From contig CBDCDZ010000004.1 in NCBI GenBank assembly GCA_965215565.1, forward strand, positions 3,648,001 through 3,712,000: a stretch of DNA of 64,000 bases, written 5' to 3'. Shown one piece after another: positions 49,085 to 57,169 of this stretch. Position 1 is the first letter of the stretch; each line of letters opens with the position of its first letter. The notes beneath the pieces were generated by a model. That model was not told where the DNA came from. It was given only the letters and a program-made list of their open reading frames with translations, and ran no database searches. A program made the position numbers and the translations under genes. The DNA is from Trueperaceae bacterium (GTDB taxonomy: Bacteria; Deinococcota; Deinococci; Deinococcales; Trueperaceae).

Positions 49085-49843
49085 ATGGGTAGACTCGACA
49101 GCAAAGTAGCGCTCGTCACGGGCGCGGCATCCGGGTTAGGCAAAGCCATCGCCACACGCTTCGCCGAAGAGGGCGCGAAGGTCGTCATCGCCGACGTCGA
49201 CGAGGAGAAAGGACGAGAGGTGGCGGACTCGCTAGCGGACGCCCTCTTCGTTCAGGTAGACGTAACCAAAGCCGACTCGGTCCAAGCGATGGTAGGGGCG
49301 GCGAAAGACCACTACGGACAGCTCGACATCCTGATCAACAACGCCGGCATCGACGGCGAGCAAGCCCCGACCGCCGAAGCGAGCCTGGAGAACTGGCACC
49401 GCGTCATCGACATCAACCTGCACGGCGTCTTCTACGGCATGAAGTACGGCATCGCGGCGATGAAAGAGCGGGGCGAAGGGGGCGTGGTCATCAACATGGG
49501 TTCGACAGCAGGCCTGGTCGGCTTCGGCGACATCCCTCCCTACACAGCGTCTAAAGCCGCCGTCATCCACCTCGCTAAAGCCGCCGCCTTGGAGTACGCC
49601 AAAGACAGTATCCGCTGCTACGCCATCTGCCCGGCAGTGGTCCTCACGCCTTTGGTCGAACACTTCATCGAATCGTCACCCGACCCGGACGAGCGCCGCG
49701 CCATGTTCGAGAACATGAACCCGATGCCGGGTATGGCGAAGCCGGAGGATGTCGCCAACACCGCGCTCTTTCTCGCCTCCTCGGAGGCGCGCTACCTGAC
49801 CGGCGTGGTCGTGCCCGTGGACGGTGGCTACACCGTGCAGTGA
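49085..49843 (+). CDS. Short-chain dehydrogenase/reductase
   Basis: AGGAGG RBS, TGAASGLG, NNAG, YTASK. Confidence 0.93.
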   Translation: MGRLDSKVALVTGAASGLGKAIATRFAEEGAKVVIADVDEEKGREVADSLADALFVQVDVTKADSVQAMVGAAKDHYGQLDILINNAGIDGEQAPTAEASLENWHRVIDINLHGVFYGMKYGIAAMKERGEGGVVINMGSTAGLVGFGDIPPYTASKAAVIHLAKAAALEYAKDSIRCYAICPAVVLTPLVEHFIESSPDPDERRAMFENMNPMPGMAKPEDVANTALFLASSEARYLTGVVVPVDGGYTVQ

Positions 49844-49901
49844 GGCGTCTCGAGTGAGGAATGTAAGAACGTCGTAAGGCGCACCTTGCTAGGCTGATCG
49901 G

Positions 49902-51731
49902 ATGGAACGAGAGACGGAGACGACCGCGATGCCGACACCTCACACTTTCCCCGGGCCCGACCCGCATTACCAGGCTACCCTGGCGGCGTTAGCGGAGAGC
50001 CAGGCGCACCTGCACGAAGTTATCGGCTCGGCTGCCATCGTGCTCTACGCCCTGGATAGAGACGGCATCTTCACCCTGTCCGAGGGCAAGGGGCTCGAGG
50101 CGCTCGGGCTCGAGCCGGGTCAGCTCGTCGGTCAATCGGTTTTCGAGGTCTACAAGGACGTACCGCTCATCCTCCGCGACGCGAAGCGGGCGCTGGCGGG
50201 CGAGCGGGTCGTCTCGTTCACCGAGGTAGCCGGGATGGCGTTCGAGTCGCGCTATCTCCCCTACTTCGACGCCGAGGGGCGGGTCGAGCGGGTGGTCGGC
50301 GTGTCTCTGGACGTAACCGAACAGCAGCGGGCGAAAGAGGCGCTGCAAAGGGCGCACGACGAGTTGGAACGGCGTGTCGAGAAGCGCACCGCCGAACTCG
50401 CCGCGCTGAATGCGCAGCTCGCTCACGACGCCTTCCACGACCCCTTGACCGGTCTTCCCAACCGTGCTCTGTTCATGGACCGCCTGGGTCACGCGGTCAA
50501 GCGCAAGCGACGCGAACGCGCACCCGGTTACGCCGTGCTCTTTCTGGACCTGGACGACTTCAAGGTAGTCAACGACTCGCTGGGTCACGCGGCGGGTGAC
50601 GCGCTGCTCATGGAGGTGGGTAAACGCTTAGAGACCTGCTTGCGCCCCGGTGACACGGTCGCCCGCTTGGGCGGCGACGAGTTCGCCGTGCTGCTCGAGA
50701 ACGTGACGGACGACGCGCATTTGGAACAGATCGCGACGCGCATCGGGCGAGCCTTTACCCCCTTTACCTTGGAGGGGCACACGCTCCGCGTCACCCCCAG
50801 TATCGGCGTGGTGTCGAGCGATGTCGGCTATACGGAGGTCGCGGCGCTGCTGCGCGACGCCGACATCGCTATGTACGAGGCGAAAGCACAGGGTAAGGGG
50901 TGCTACGCCCTGTTCGACCCGGCGATGCGTGAGCGTGCGAGGACCCGGCTGACCCTGGAGACCGAACTCCGCAAGGCATTGACAGAGGGCGAACTGCGGG
51001 TCCACTATCAGCCCATCGTCGCCACCCGGACGGGCGACCTCGTCGGGTTGGAGGCGCTCGTGCGTTGGCAGCATCCAGAGCGCGGGATGATCTCGCCCGC
51101 CGACTTCATCCCCTTAGCCGAGGAGACCGGTCTCATCGTCGAGTTGGACCGTTACGTCCTCCAGGAGGCGTGTCGGCAGGTGCGGGCGTGGCAAGAGATA
51201 TATGGACGCGACCTCACCTTGAGCGTCAACCTGTCGGGTCAGCAGTTTACGCATTCAGACCTCGCGCCCTATATCCGGACCGTTCTACAAAACACCGGCT
51301 TGGACGCGCGGCAGCTTCACCTCGAGCTGACCGAGAGCTTGCTCATCGGCGGTTCGGCGCAGGTGAGCGACATTTTGGCGGCGCTACGGGCGCTGGGTGT
51401 CGAGCTCCACTTGGACGACTTCGGCACGGGCTACTCGTCGCTGTCCTATTTGCAGCGCTTCTCGGCGCACACCATCAAAATCGACCGCTCGTTCATCCGC
51501 AACCTGACCGAGAGCCAAGAGAGCGCGACCTTGGTGCGCACTATCATCCTCATGGCGGACGCGCTAGGGATGCAGGTCGTTGCGGAAGGTGTGGAGACCG
51601 AGGCGCAGTTGGCACACCTCAAAGCTCTGAACTGCGATTACATCCAGGGCTATCTGTACGGCAAGCCGCTGAGTGCAGGCGAGGCGGAGGCATACCTAGA
51701 GCAAAGGTTTCCCGAGAGCACGTTCGTGTGA
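49902..51731 (+). CDS. PAS-GGDEF-EAL diguanylate cyclase/phosphodiesterase
   Basis: PAS/PAC region, HDPLTGLPNR, RLGGDEF, LEALVRW, DDFGTGYSSL. Confidence 0.93.
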   Translation: MERETETTAMPTPHTFPGPDPHYQATLAALAESQAHLHEVIGSAAIVLYALDRDGIFTLSEGKGLEALGLEPGQLVGQSVFEVYKDVPLILRDAKRALAGERVVSFTEVAGMAFESRYLPYFDAEGRVERVVGVSLDVTEQQRAKEALQRAHDELERRVEKRTAELAALNAQLAHDAFHDPLTGLPNRALFMDRLGHAVKRKRRERAPGYAVLFLDLDDFKVVNDSLGHAAGDALLMEVGKRLETCLRPGDTVARLGGDEFAVLLENVTDDAHLEQIATRIGRAFTPFTLEGHTLRVTPSIGVVSSDVGYTEVAALLRDADIAMYEAKAQGKGCYALFDPAMRERARTRLTLETELRKALTEGELRVHYQPIVATRTGDLVGLEALVRWQHPERGMISPADFIPLAEETGLIVELDRYVLQEACRQVRAWQEIYGRDLTLSVNLSGQQFTHSDLAPYIRTVLQNTGLDARQLHLELTESLLIGGSAQVSDILAALRALGVELHLDDFGTGYSSLSYLQRFSAHTIKIDRSFIRNLTESQESATLVRTIILMADALGMQVVAEGVETEAQLAHLKALNCDYIQGYLYGKPLSAGEAEAYLEQRFPESTFV

Positions 51732-51773
51732 ACGGTATATCGCTCTAGCCGAACTTTCCACCACGAACAGCGG

Positions 51774-52073
51774 CTACTCCATCTCGGACTTGAACACGCG
51801 CCGTTTGTTTCGCTTCAGCGAGCGCGTTAGCTCCTCTTCGGTAGGGGTTCGCATCAACTCCTCTACAGGCGTTTTCAGAACCGCAGCCAGTTTGAGCAGC
51901 GTGTCCAAGGTCGGGTTGAACTTACCCCGGCCACCCTCGAACTCCTGATAGCGCCTGAGCGATATCTCGGAGCGCTCGGCTACGTCATCTTGGCGCAGCC
52001 GCCGTTTAAGCCGTATCTGCCGCAGCCGCCAGCGTATAACCCGTTTGTAAGCGTCGTTGACATCGTCGGGCAT
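51774..52073 (-). CDS. XRE-family HTH regulator
   Basis: LRQIR....LRQ.DVAE.SEIS.R.YQ.FE.G...NPTL.TL.KLA..L. Confidence 0.85.
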   Translation of the reverse strand: MPDDVNDAYKRVIRWRLRQIRLKRRLRQDDVAERSEISLRRYQEFEGGRGKFNPTLDTLLKLAAVLKTPVEELMRTPTEEELTRSLKRNKRRVFKSEME

Positions 52074-52151
52074 CTGCCCATCATGGCGAGCCCTCCTCCA
52101 TCTTTGTACGCCCTTATAGTGCGTGTTGTAGAGTGGGGCAGGTCATGACAC

Positions 52152-52649
52152 ATGGGAGGTTTTATGACGCGACCTATTCGGTTTTCGATTCTATTCATGT
52201 TGCTCGTCGGTTGTGCTCCGGTGCTCGAGGTCTTAGAGGGAGAAAGCCAGAGCCAAGCCGAGGTTCTCTGGGCCGCTCAGGTCAGCCGCGTGGAGCGCTA
52301 CGCCGGGCAGTACCAGGGCGAGCAGGGTAGCGCCACCGTGCAGGACGGGCGGGTGCTGGAGCTGGAACTCTCAAACCGGGCCTTTGGTGGCAGTGCTCGC
52401 TTCAGCGACAGTAGCCTAGACAGCCCACCCATGCGCGTCTCCTACAGCGGAGGCGGCTTCTTCGAGGGGCAGGCTACAGCGACCTTCGAAGGTGCAGGCT
52501 TCTCGAACTACGTCTTCTTCATAGGCGAAGCTGAGCCGAATTTGGTGGCGGAAGACGGGCTCGTTACGGGTTCCTTGCGCTTCACCGGGTCGGACGATAT
52601 AGGTCAGGTCATGGATGTCGTGGTCGAGAACATCCGGGTGCCTTACTGA
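52152..52649 (+). CDS. Hypothetical lipoprotein
   Basis: Lipobox LVGC. The start may be the next Met (MTRPIR), after a GGAGG RBS. Confidence 0.65.
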   Translation: MGGFMTRPIRFSILFMLLVGCAPVLEVLEGESQSQAEVLWAAQVSRVERYAGQYQGEQGSATVQDGRVLELELSNRAFGGSARFSDSSLDSPPMRVSYSGGGFFEGQATATFEGAGFSNYVFFIGEAEPNLVAEDGLVTGSLRFTGSDDIGQVMDVVVENIRVPY

Positions 52650-52708
52650 AGGACGAGAGAAGCCAGTCTTTCGAGGTCTTTAGGGAACGACGAAACCATT
52701 CACCTGTC

Positions 52709-53425
52709 ATGGGAGGACATGTGACCCGACACTCATATCTACCGCTGTTTTTTGCGCTCGCTTTATGCTTACTTTCATCTTTTGCCTCTGCCCAACTCGA
52801 GCTGACTACCCGCTTGACCCCTTGGCCCCCCGAGGGCTGGCCCGCGAGCACTGAGGGAGAAGTGCACGCCGTCGCCGTAGCGGATGCCACCCTGGAGGAC
52901 TACAGCGAGGAGAACCTCACGACTGTGTTCTCCTTCCCCGTGAGCGAGACAGGCGAGGTGACTTACCGCCTGCCCGAGGAGTTACCGAGGAACGCCAGAC
53001 GCTTCTACCAGGAGGCGAGCTTAGACGACTTCCAACTCTGCCCTGAGGTCGCTCCCTCCTTGTCACCGCCGGGTGCCCAGATGGTCCTGCTCAAACTCGC
53101 CCTCTACGCCGATGGGCAGTTCTGGGGCATTGTAGACCTCACTGCCGAGCAGGGCGGTCTCTTCGATTATGAGTTGCGCACCCTGCTCGGGCTCCTCTAC
53201 GCACCTGAGCCCTTTCGGGTGGCGGGCAGCGGCTTCTGCGCGGGCGAGGGGTCGCAGGTGACGACCGACCTGGACTTACAAGCGGGGCTCAATTTACTCG
53301 AGGTCTCGGGATCGGCCAGCTTAGCGGGCGGAGAGATGCTCCTTACAACGACCGAGACGTTGGACCTGCCGCAGACGCCGATTGGGATAGATGTCGGTGG
53401 TGGGGTTAGTGGCGGTGCGCCTTAG
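52709..53425 (+). CDS. Hypothetical secreted protein
   Basis: Signal peptide ending ASA. Confidence 0.62.
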   Translation: MGGHVTRHSYLPLFFALALCLLSSFASAQLELTTRLTPWPPEGWPASTEGEVHAVAVADATLEDYSEENLTTVFSFPVSETGEVTYRLPEELPRNARRFYQEASLDDFQLCPEVAPSLSPPGAQMVLLKLALYADGQFWGIVDLTAEQGGLFDYELRTLLGLLYAPEPFRVAGSGFCAGEGSQVTTDLDLQAGLNLLEVSGSASLAGGEMLLTTTETLDLPQTPIGIDVGGGVSGGAP

Positions 53426-53451
53426 CGCAGCGTCGCCGAGGGGAGGAGCTT

Positions 53452-54000
53452 GTGCCGAGTCAGCTTCAGAATCACCTGAGCATCCACGTCGCGAGCGAGG
53501 GGGCAAGGCAGGGCGTTTCCGAACGCTTGAAGCAACTCGACTTCGACGTGCCGGTAAGCCTCGTGTTGGATGACCGGCCCGGCTACGCCTTAAAGGTATT
53601 GAGCGCGCTCGGGCGACCTTTACCCGTCTTGCTCATCACCGCCAACCGCTCACCTCACTACCTCTTGGACCTGCTCGAGCACGAGCCGCAGGGGTTGTTA
53701 GTCACCTCGAACCTTCCTCCGGCTCGAGCTTTAGCTTTTTACCTCTCCCGCGTCGCCATCGGCGAGCACTTCTATGAGGGTCCCACACCCAGCAAAACGC
53801 CTTTGACGCCGAGAGAACGCGAGGTATTGAGGCGAACTATGTACGGGGAGAGCGTCGAGACGTTGGCCCGGTCGCTCGGCATCATCCCCTACACAGCAGG
53901 AGAGCATCTGCGGCATATCAGGGAGAAGCTCGGGGTAGAGCGCAACGCCGAACTCGTCCTAGCCTACTTCGCCGGGGACACGGCGCAGCTCGCGGTATGA
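53452..54000 (+). CDS. LuxR-type HTH regulator with degenerate receiver-like N-terminus
   Basis: LTPREREVL....G......A..LGI...T...H...I..KLGV....EL. Confidence 0.8.
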   Translation: MPSQLQNHLSIHVASEGARQGVSERLKQLDFDVPVSLVLDDRPGYALKVLSALGRPLPVLLITANRSPHYLLDLLEHEPQGLLVTSNLPPARALAFYLSRVAIGEHFYEGPTPSKTPLTPREREVLRRTMYGESVETLARSLGIIPYTAGEHLRHIREKLGVERNAELVLAYFAGDTAQLAV

Positions 54001-54019
54001 GGGGCGTCGCGGAGGGCAG

Positions 54020-54310
54020 ATGAATAGGGCGACCCGCAGTAGAGAGGTGCAGGAGTACCGCCTGGACGAGTTGGAGCGCGAGCAAGACCGGCTCGCTAAA
54101 CAGCTCTACCGCATGGCTCTGCGCCATGAAGACGTGCGGCAGGAGCTGAAAGACAGCCGCAAAGAGACGAAAGAGCATTTCGATAACTTAGGGGACTTCC
54201 TGCACAGCCGCTTCTTCTGGTTGATGCTGGCGCTCCTCGGCGGGCTTTGCATCTTAGGCATCTTATTCGTGGACTTCAGGATGGACCTGGCGCAACTGCT
54301 AGGTCCATGA
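54020..54310 (+). CDS. Hypothetical coiled-coil protein with a C-terminal TM helix
   Basis: GGAGG RBS; heptad-rich N-terminus and hydrophobic tail. Confidence 0.6.
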   Translation: MNRATRSREVQEYRLDELEREQDRLAKQLYRMALRHEDVRQELKDSRKETKEHFDNLGDFLHSRFFWLMLALLGGLCILGILFVDFRMDLAQLLGP

Positions 54311-54338
54311 CAATGCGTTTTATGGAAAGGGAGAATAG

Positions 54339-55445
54339 ATGAACCACTCGAGCTATAGAACTCGTCGCTTACACCTCACTTGCCTGGTCTTAGTAAGCCT
54401 TCTACTCGTCGCCTGCGGCGAGACGACCGCCACGCCTGAGAACCCGCCCGGTCCTATCGAGGTTCCGCCAGGCGAACCTACAGGCAGCTTGCAGGTGACC
54501 GTTCAAGGTTTACCCGATGGCGCAGATGCGAGCATCCTTATCGTTGGACCAGAAGAGTACAGCGCTACAGTGGCAGGCAGTCGCACCTTGCAGGACCTTC
54601 GAACCGGCTCCTACATCCTCGAGGTCGAGAGCGTCGAGTATAGAGACGCCACCTACAGCGGCGCGTTCGAGGGGAATAATCAGAGCGAGACGATCGTCGA
54701 CGTCACCGAGGACGAAACGACCACAGTCGAGGTGACCTACACCTCGGTCGGCTCGGTCGAAGAGGGCGAGATCGCCCCTGGCACAGCGAGAGAAGGGCTC
54801 GTCGCCGAGAACGCCTTCGACGACTACACCTTCAACGGTGCAGCCAACGTCCCCCTAACCTTCGACTTCACCGGGACAGGCGAGGAAAACCAGGGTAACT
54901 ACCGCATCCTTATCTTCGACACCGACGACTTGGAAGAACCGCTCTACAGCAGCAGCGTCTTGGGCACCTACGGACGTGCCCCCTTGATCGGCTTTTCTCC
55001 CACAGAGGACGGGCAGTACGTCCTGCGCATCCGGGGCGAGAACAACGTGGTGGACTACCGGGTCAGGGCGCAGTACCTGAACGGGTCGCTCGAGGAGAGA
55101 CAAGAGCCGACGATGCTCGATTACGGCGACACCGCCACAGGCGCAGTCACCGCAAACTCCTACGACGCCTACCGCTTCACAGGCTCCTTCAACGAGCCCG
55201 TCCTGCTGAGCTTCAGCTACGACGACGAGGACTCTCGCTACAACGGCCTCTACCGGGTGGAGTTCTACCGCGTCGGGCAAGACGAACCTTTGGAGACCTC
55301 CCAGACGTACGGCACCATCGGCATACCCCCTGAGATCGACTTCACGCCGCCTGAGGACGGAGACTACCTCGTCCGAGTCGTAGGGGCAGGAAGCCAAGGC
55401 AGGAGCTTGGTGAGGTATAGCTTCGTGCTGGAGAGGTTGGAGTGA
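54339..55445 (+). CDS. Lipoprotein with two tandem PPC-like beta-sandwich domains
   Basis: Lipobox LVAC; repeated D.Y.F.G...P....F...Y......F.P.EDG.Y..R modules. Confidence 0.72.
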   Translation: MNHSSYRTRRLHLTCLVLVSLLLVACGETTATPENPPGPIEVPPGEPTGSLQVTVQGLPDGADASILIVGPEEYSATVAGSRTLQDLRTGSYILEVESVEYRDATYSGAFEGNNQSETIVDVTEDETTTVEVTYTSVGSVEEGEIAPGTAREGLVAENAFDDYTFNGAANVPLTFDFTGTGEENQGNYRILIFDTDDLEEPLYSSSVLGTYGRAPLIGFSPTEDGQYVLRIRGENNVVDYRVRAQYLNGSLEERQEPTMLDYGDTATGAVTANSYDAYRFTGSFNEPVLLSFSYDDEDSRYNGLYRVEFYRVGQDEPLETSQTYGTIGIPPEIDFTPPEDGDYLVRVVGAGSQGRSLVRYSFVLERLE

Positions 55446-55528
55446 AAGTGATCAGAACCTCCCGAGTATGGAGATTTGCGTGACAATGTAGATAAGACGG
55501 TGAAGACCCTCTACTTAACTCAGCCGCT

Positions 55529-57169
55529 TTATGTAGAGACCAGCGAACTTCTTACCAACCGTGAATCTGTTGTAAAGGCAGATTCCTGCTGCGGGGGCAG
55601 CGCTATCACTCTGTCAAAATTATGGCGAAGGTCGTGTGCGTCGTGAGCTATCACGATAAGCCCTTTTCCTCTCGTGTAATGCAGAATAGCGTCATTGACT
55701 ACCTTCCTGCCGCTGTCATCGACGTTGGCGAAAGGCTCATCTAAAATGTATAAGGAGGCAGTCTTGAGTAGTACCATCAGGACAGAAAACTTCTTTTTCT
55801 GACCTAATGATAAGTCGTCGAAGCGGTTGTCAAGGCATTTATCGAGTTTGAGGAGGTACAGTAACTTTTGCGCTTCCTCTAACCTCTCCCCAGCGATAAG
55901 CTGACCGATCGGTAGATTCGGGAAACAGACGGGTTCGACTGCGGCGCTGACCTCTCCCGACAAAGTCACCTGGCCTTCAGTCGGTTTTAGAAAACCTGAA
56001 AGGATGTTGGCCAGGGTACTTTTACCCGACCCGTTGGGACCTATGAGCAAAACTCTTTCGCCCGGTTCGAGATTGAAGTAATAATTCTCGAACACAGGTA
56101 CATCCTCGTAAGCATAACAAAGGTTCTGGACGGAGAGACGTGCCCCGGAATAAGGGAGACGTACTTGGTGTGTATCCTCCTTTCCACATAACTCCGTGAC
56201 TCGGTCGACTGAGGCCATGAGCGAGGCCAGTTCGGGCACTAAACCTATCAGCGTACTGGTAGAACTGACAACGTTCCAGAAAGCGTTCATGAAACCCATG
56301 AACCCACCGAAATTTAGCGTCCCTGTCAGTACAGCATAGCCGCCAGCGATAGTGGCTATGAATTCGATGAGGCTCATGGAGATGCCGCTCAAAGTCGCGT
56401 AAGTACTTTCGGTCTGAACCTTAGTCTTTTGAGAGTTTGCATAGGCTTGGTAGTGTCTGCGGGAATGCAACTGCACTAGAGCGCGTAGATCGAACATGTT
56501 CACGGTTTTATGAGCTTTGACGATACCGGTAACCCAACCTTTGAAGGCAGCTTCCCCTTCGTCGGTATCTCGACTTTGTTCATAAACCTTGGACGAGAAG
56601 TGTGTGGTTGCCCAGAGGAGGAAGGGAACGACACAGAGCAAGGACACTGTTAGTTGCCACGAAATGAATGTGATGACAGACAGCGCCCCTATCAGGCTCA
56701 CGATCGTCGTTACAACAGTAAGAACGCTATCGACGATAGGACGTGAGGCTTTATCCGACTCATCTACGATTCTGGACACGTAGTACCCCTCATCGCGTTC
56801 TATAGTTTCCTGGTGAGGCGTTCTCAAAAACCCTTGAAGTGCTCTTAGTGTCAGGGATTCGCCTAACCTGAGCTTCAACTGCTCGACATAGTTCATATAT
56901 CGAAGATCGAGCAGGCGTAGACCCGTAAAGAAGATGAGCGACCCCAACCCCAAAGCTACGAATAGGCTGAAGTTTCCTGCTATCACGCCTTCGTCGAACA
57001 TGTATTTGATGACGAGCGGGTTGACAACCGAGACGACAAGTGCCACCGACGATCCCCACAACAGAGAGAACAGAAAACGCTTTCTCGAATCCCCGACGAT
57101 AGCACCTAACTTCTTCACCCCACTCGCCACTTGCTGGACGGTTAGGGCCTTCCTCTTTGAGGCGCTCAC
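55529..57169 (-). CDS. lanT: ABC exporter (TMD plus ATPase), lanthipeptide LanT-type without peptidase domain
   Basis: Six TM helices, GPNGSGKS, LSLGQ, ILDEP; overlaps the end of lanKC. Confidence 0.85.
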   Translation of the reverse strand: MSASKRKALTVQQVASGVKKLGAIVGDSRKRFLFSLLWGSSVALVVSVVNPLVIKYMFDEGVIAGNFSLFVALGLGSLIFFTGLRLLDLRYMNYVEQLKLRLGESLTLRALQGFLRTPHQETIERDEGYYVSRIVDESDKASRPIVDSVLTVVTTIVSLIGALSVITFISWQLTVSLLCVVPFLLWATTHFSSKVYEQSRDTDEGEAAFKGWVTGIVKAHKTVNMFDLRALVQLHSRRHYQAYANSQKTKVQTESTYATLSGISMSLIEFIATIAGGYAVLTGTLNFGGFMGFMNAFWNVVSSTSTLIGLVPELASLMASVDRVTELCGKEDTHQVRLPYSGARLSVQNLCYAYEDVPVFENYYFNLEPGERVLLIGPNGSGKSTLANILSGFLKPTEGQVTLSGEVSAAVEPVCFPNLPIGQLIAGERLEEAQKLLYLLKLDKCLDNRFDDLSLGQKKKFSVLMVLLKTASLYILDEPFANVDDSGRKVVNDAILHYTRGKGLIVIAHDAHDLRHNFDRVIALPPQQESAFTTDSRLVRSSLVST

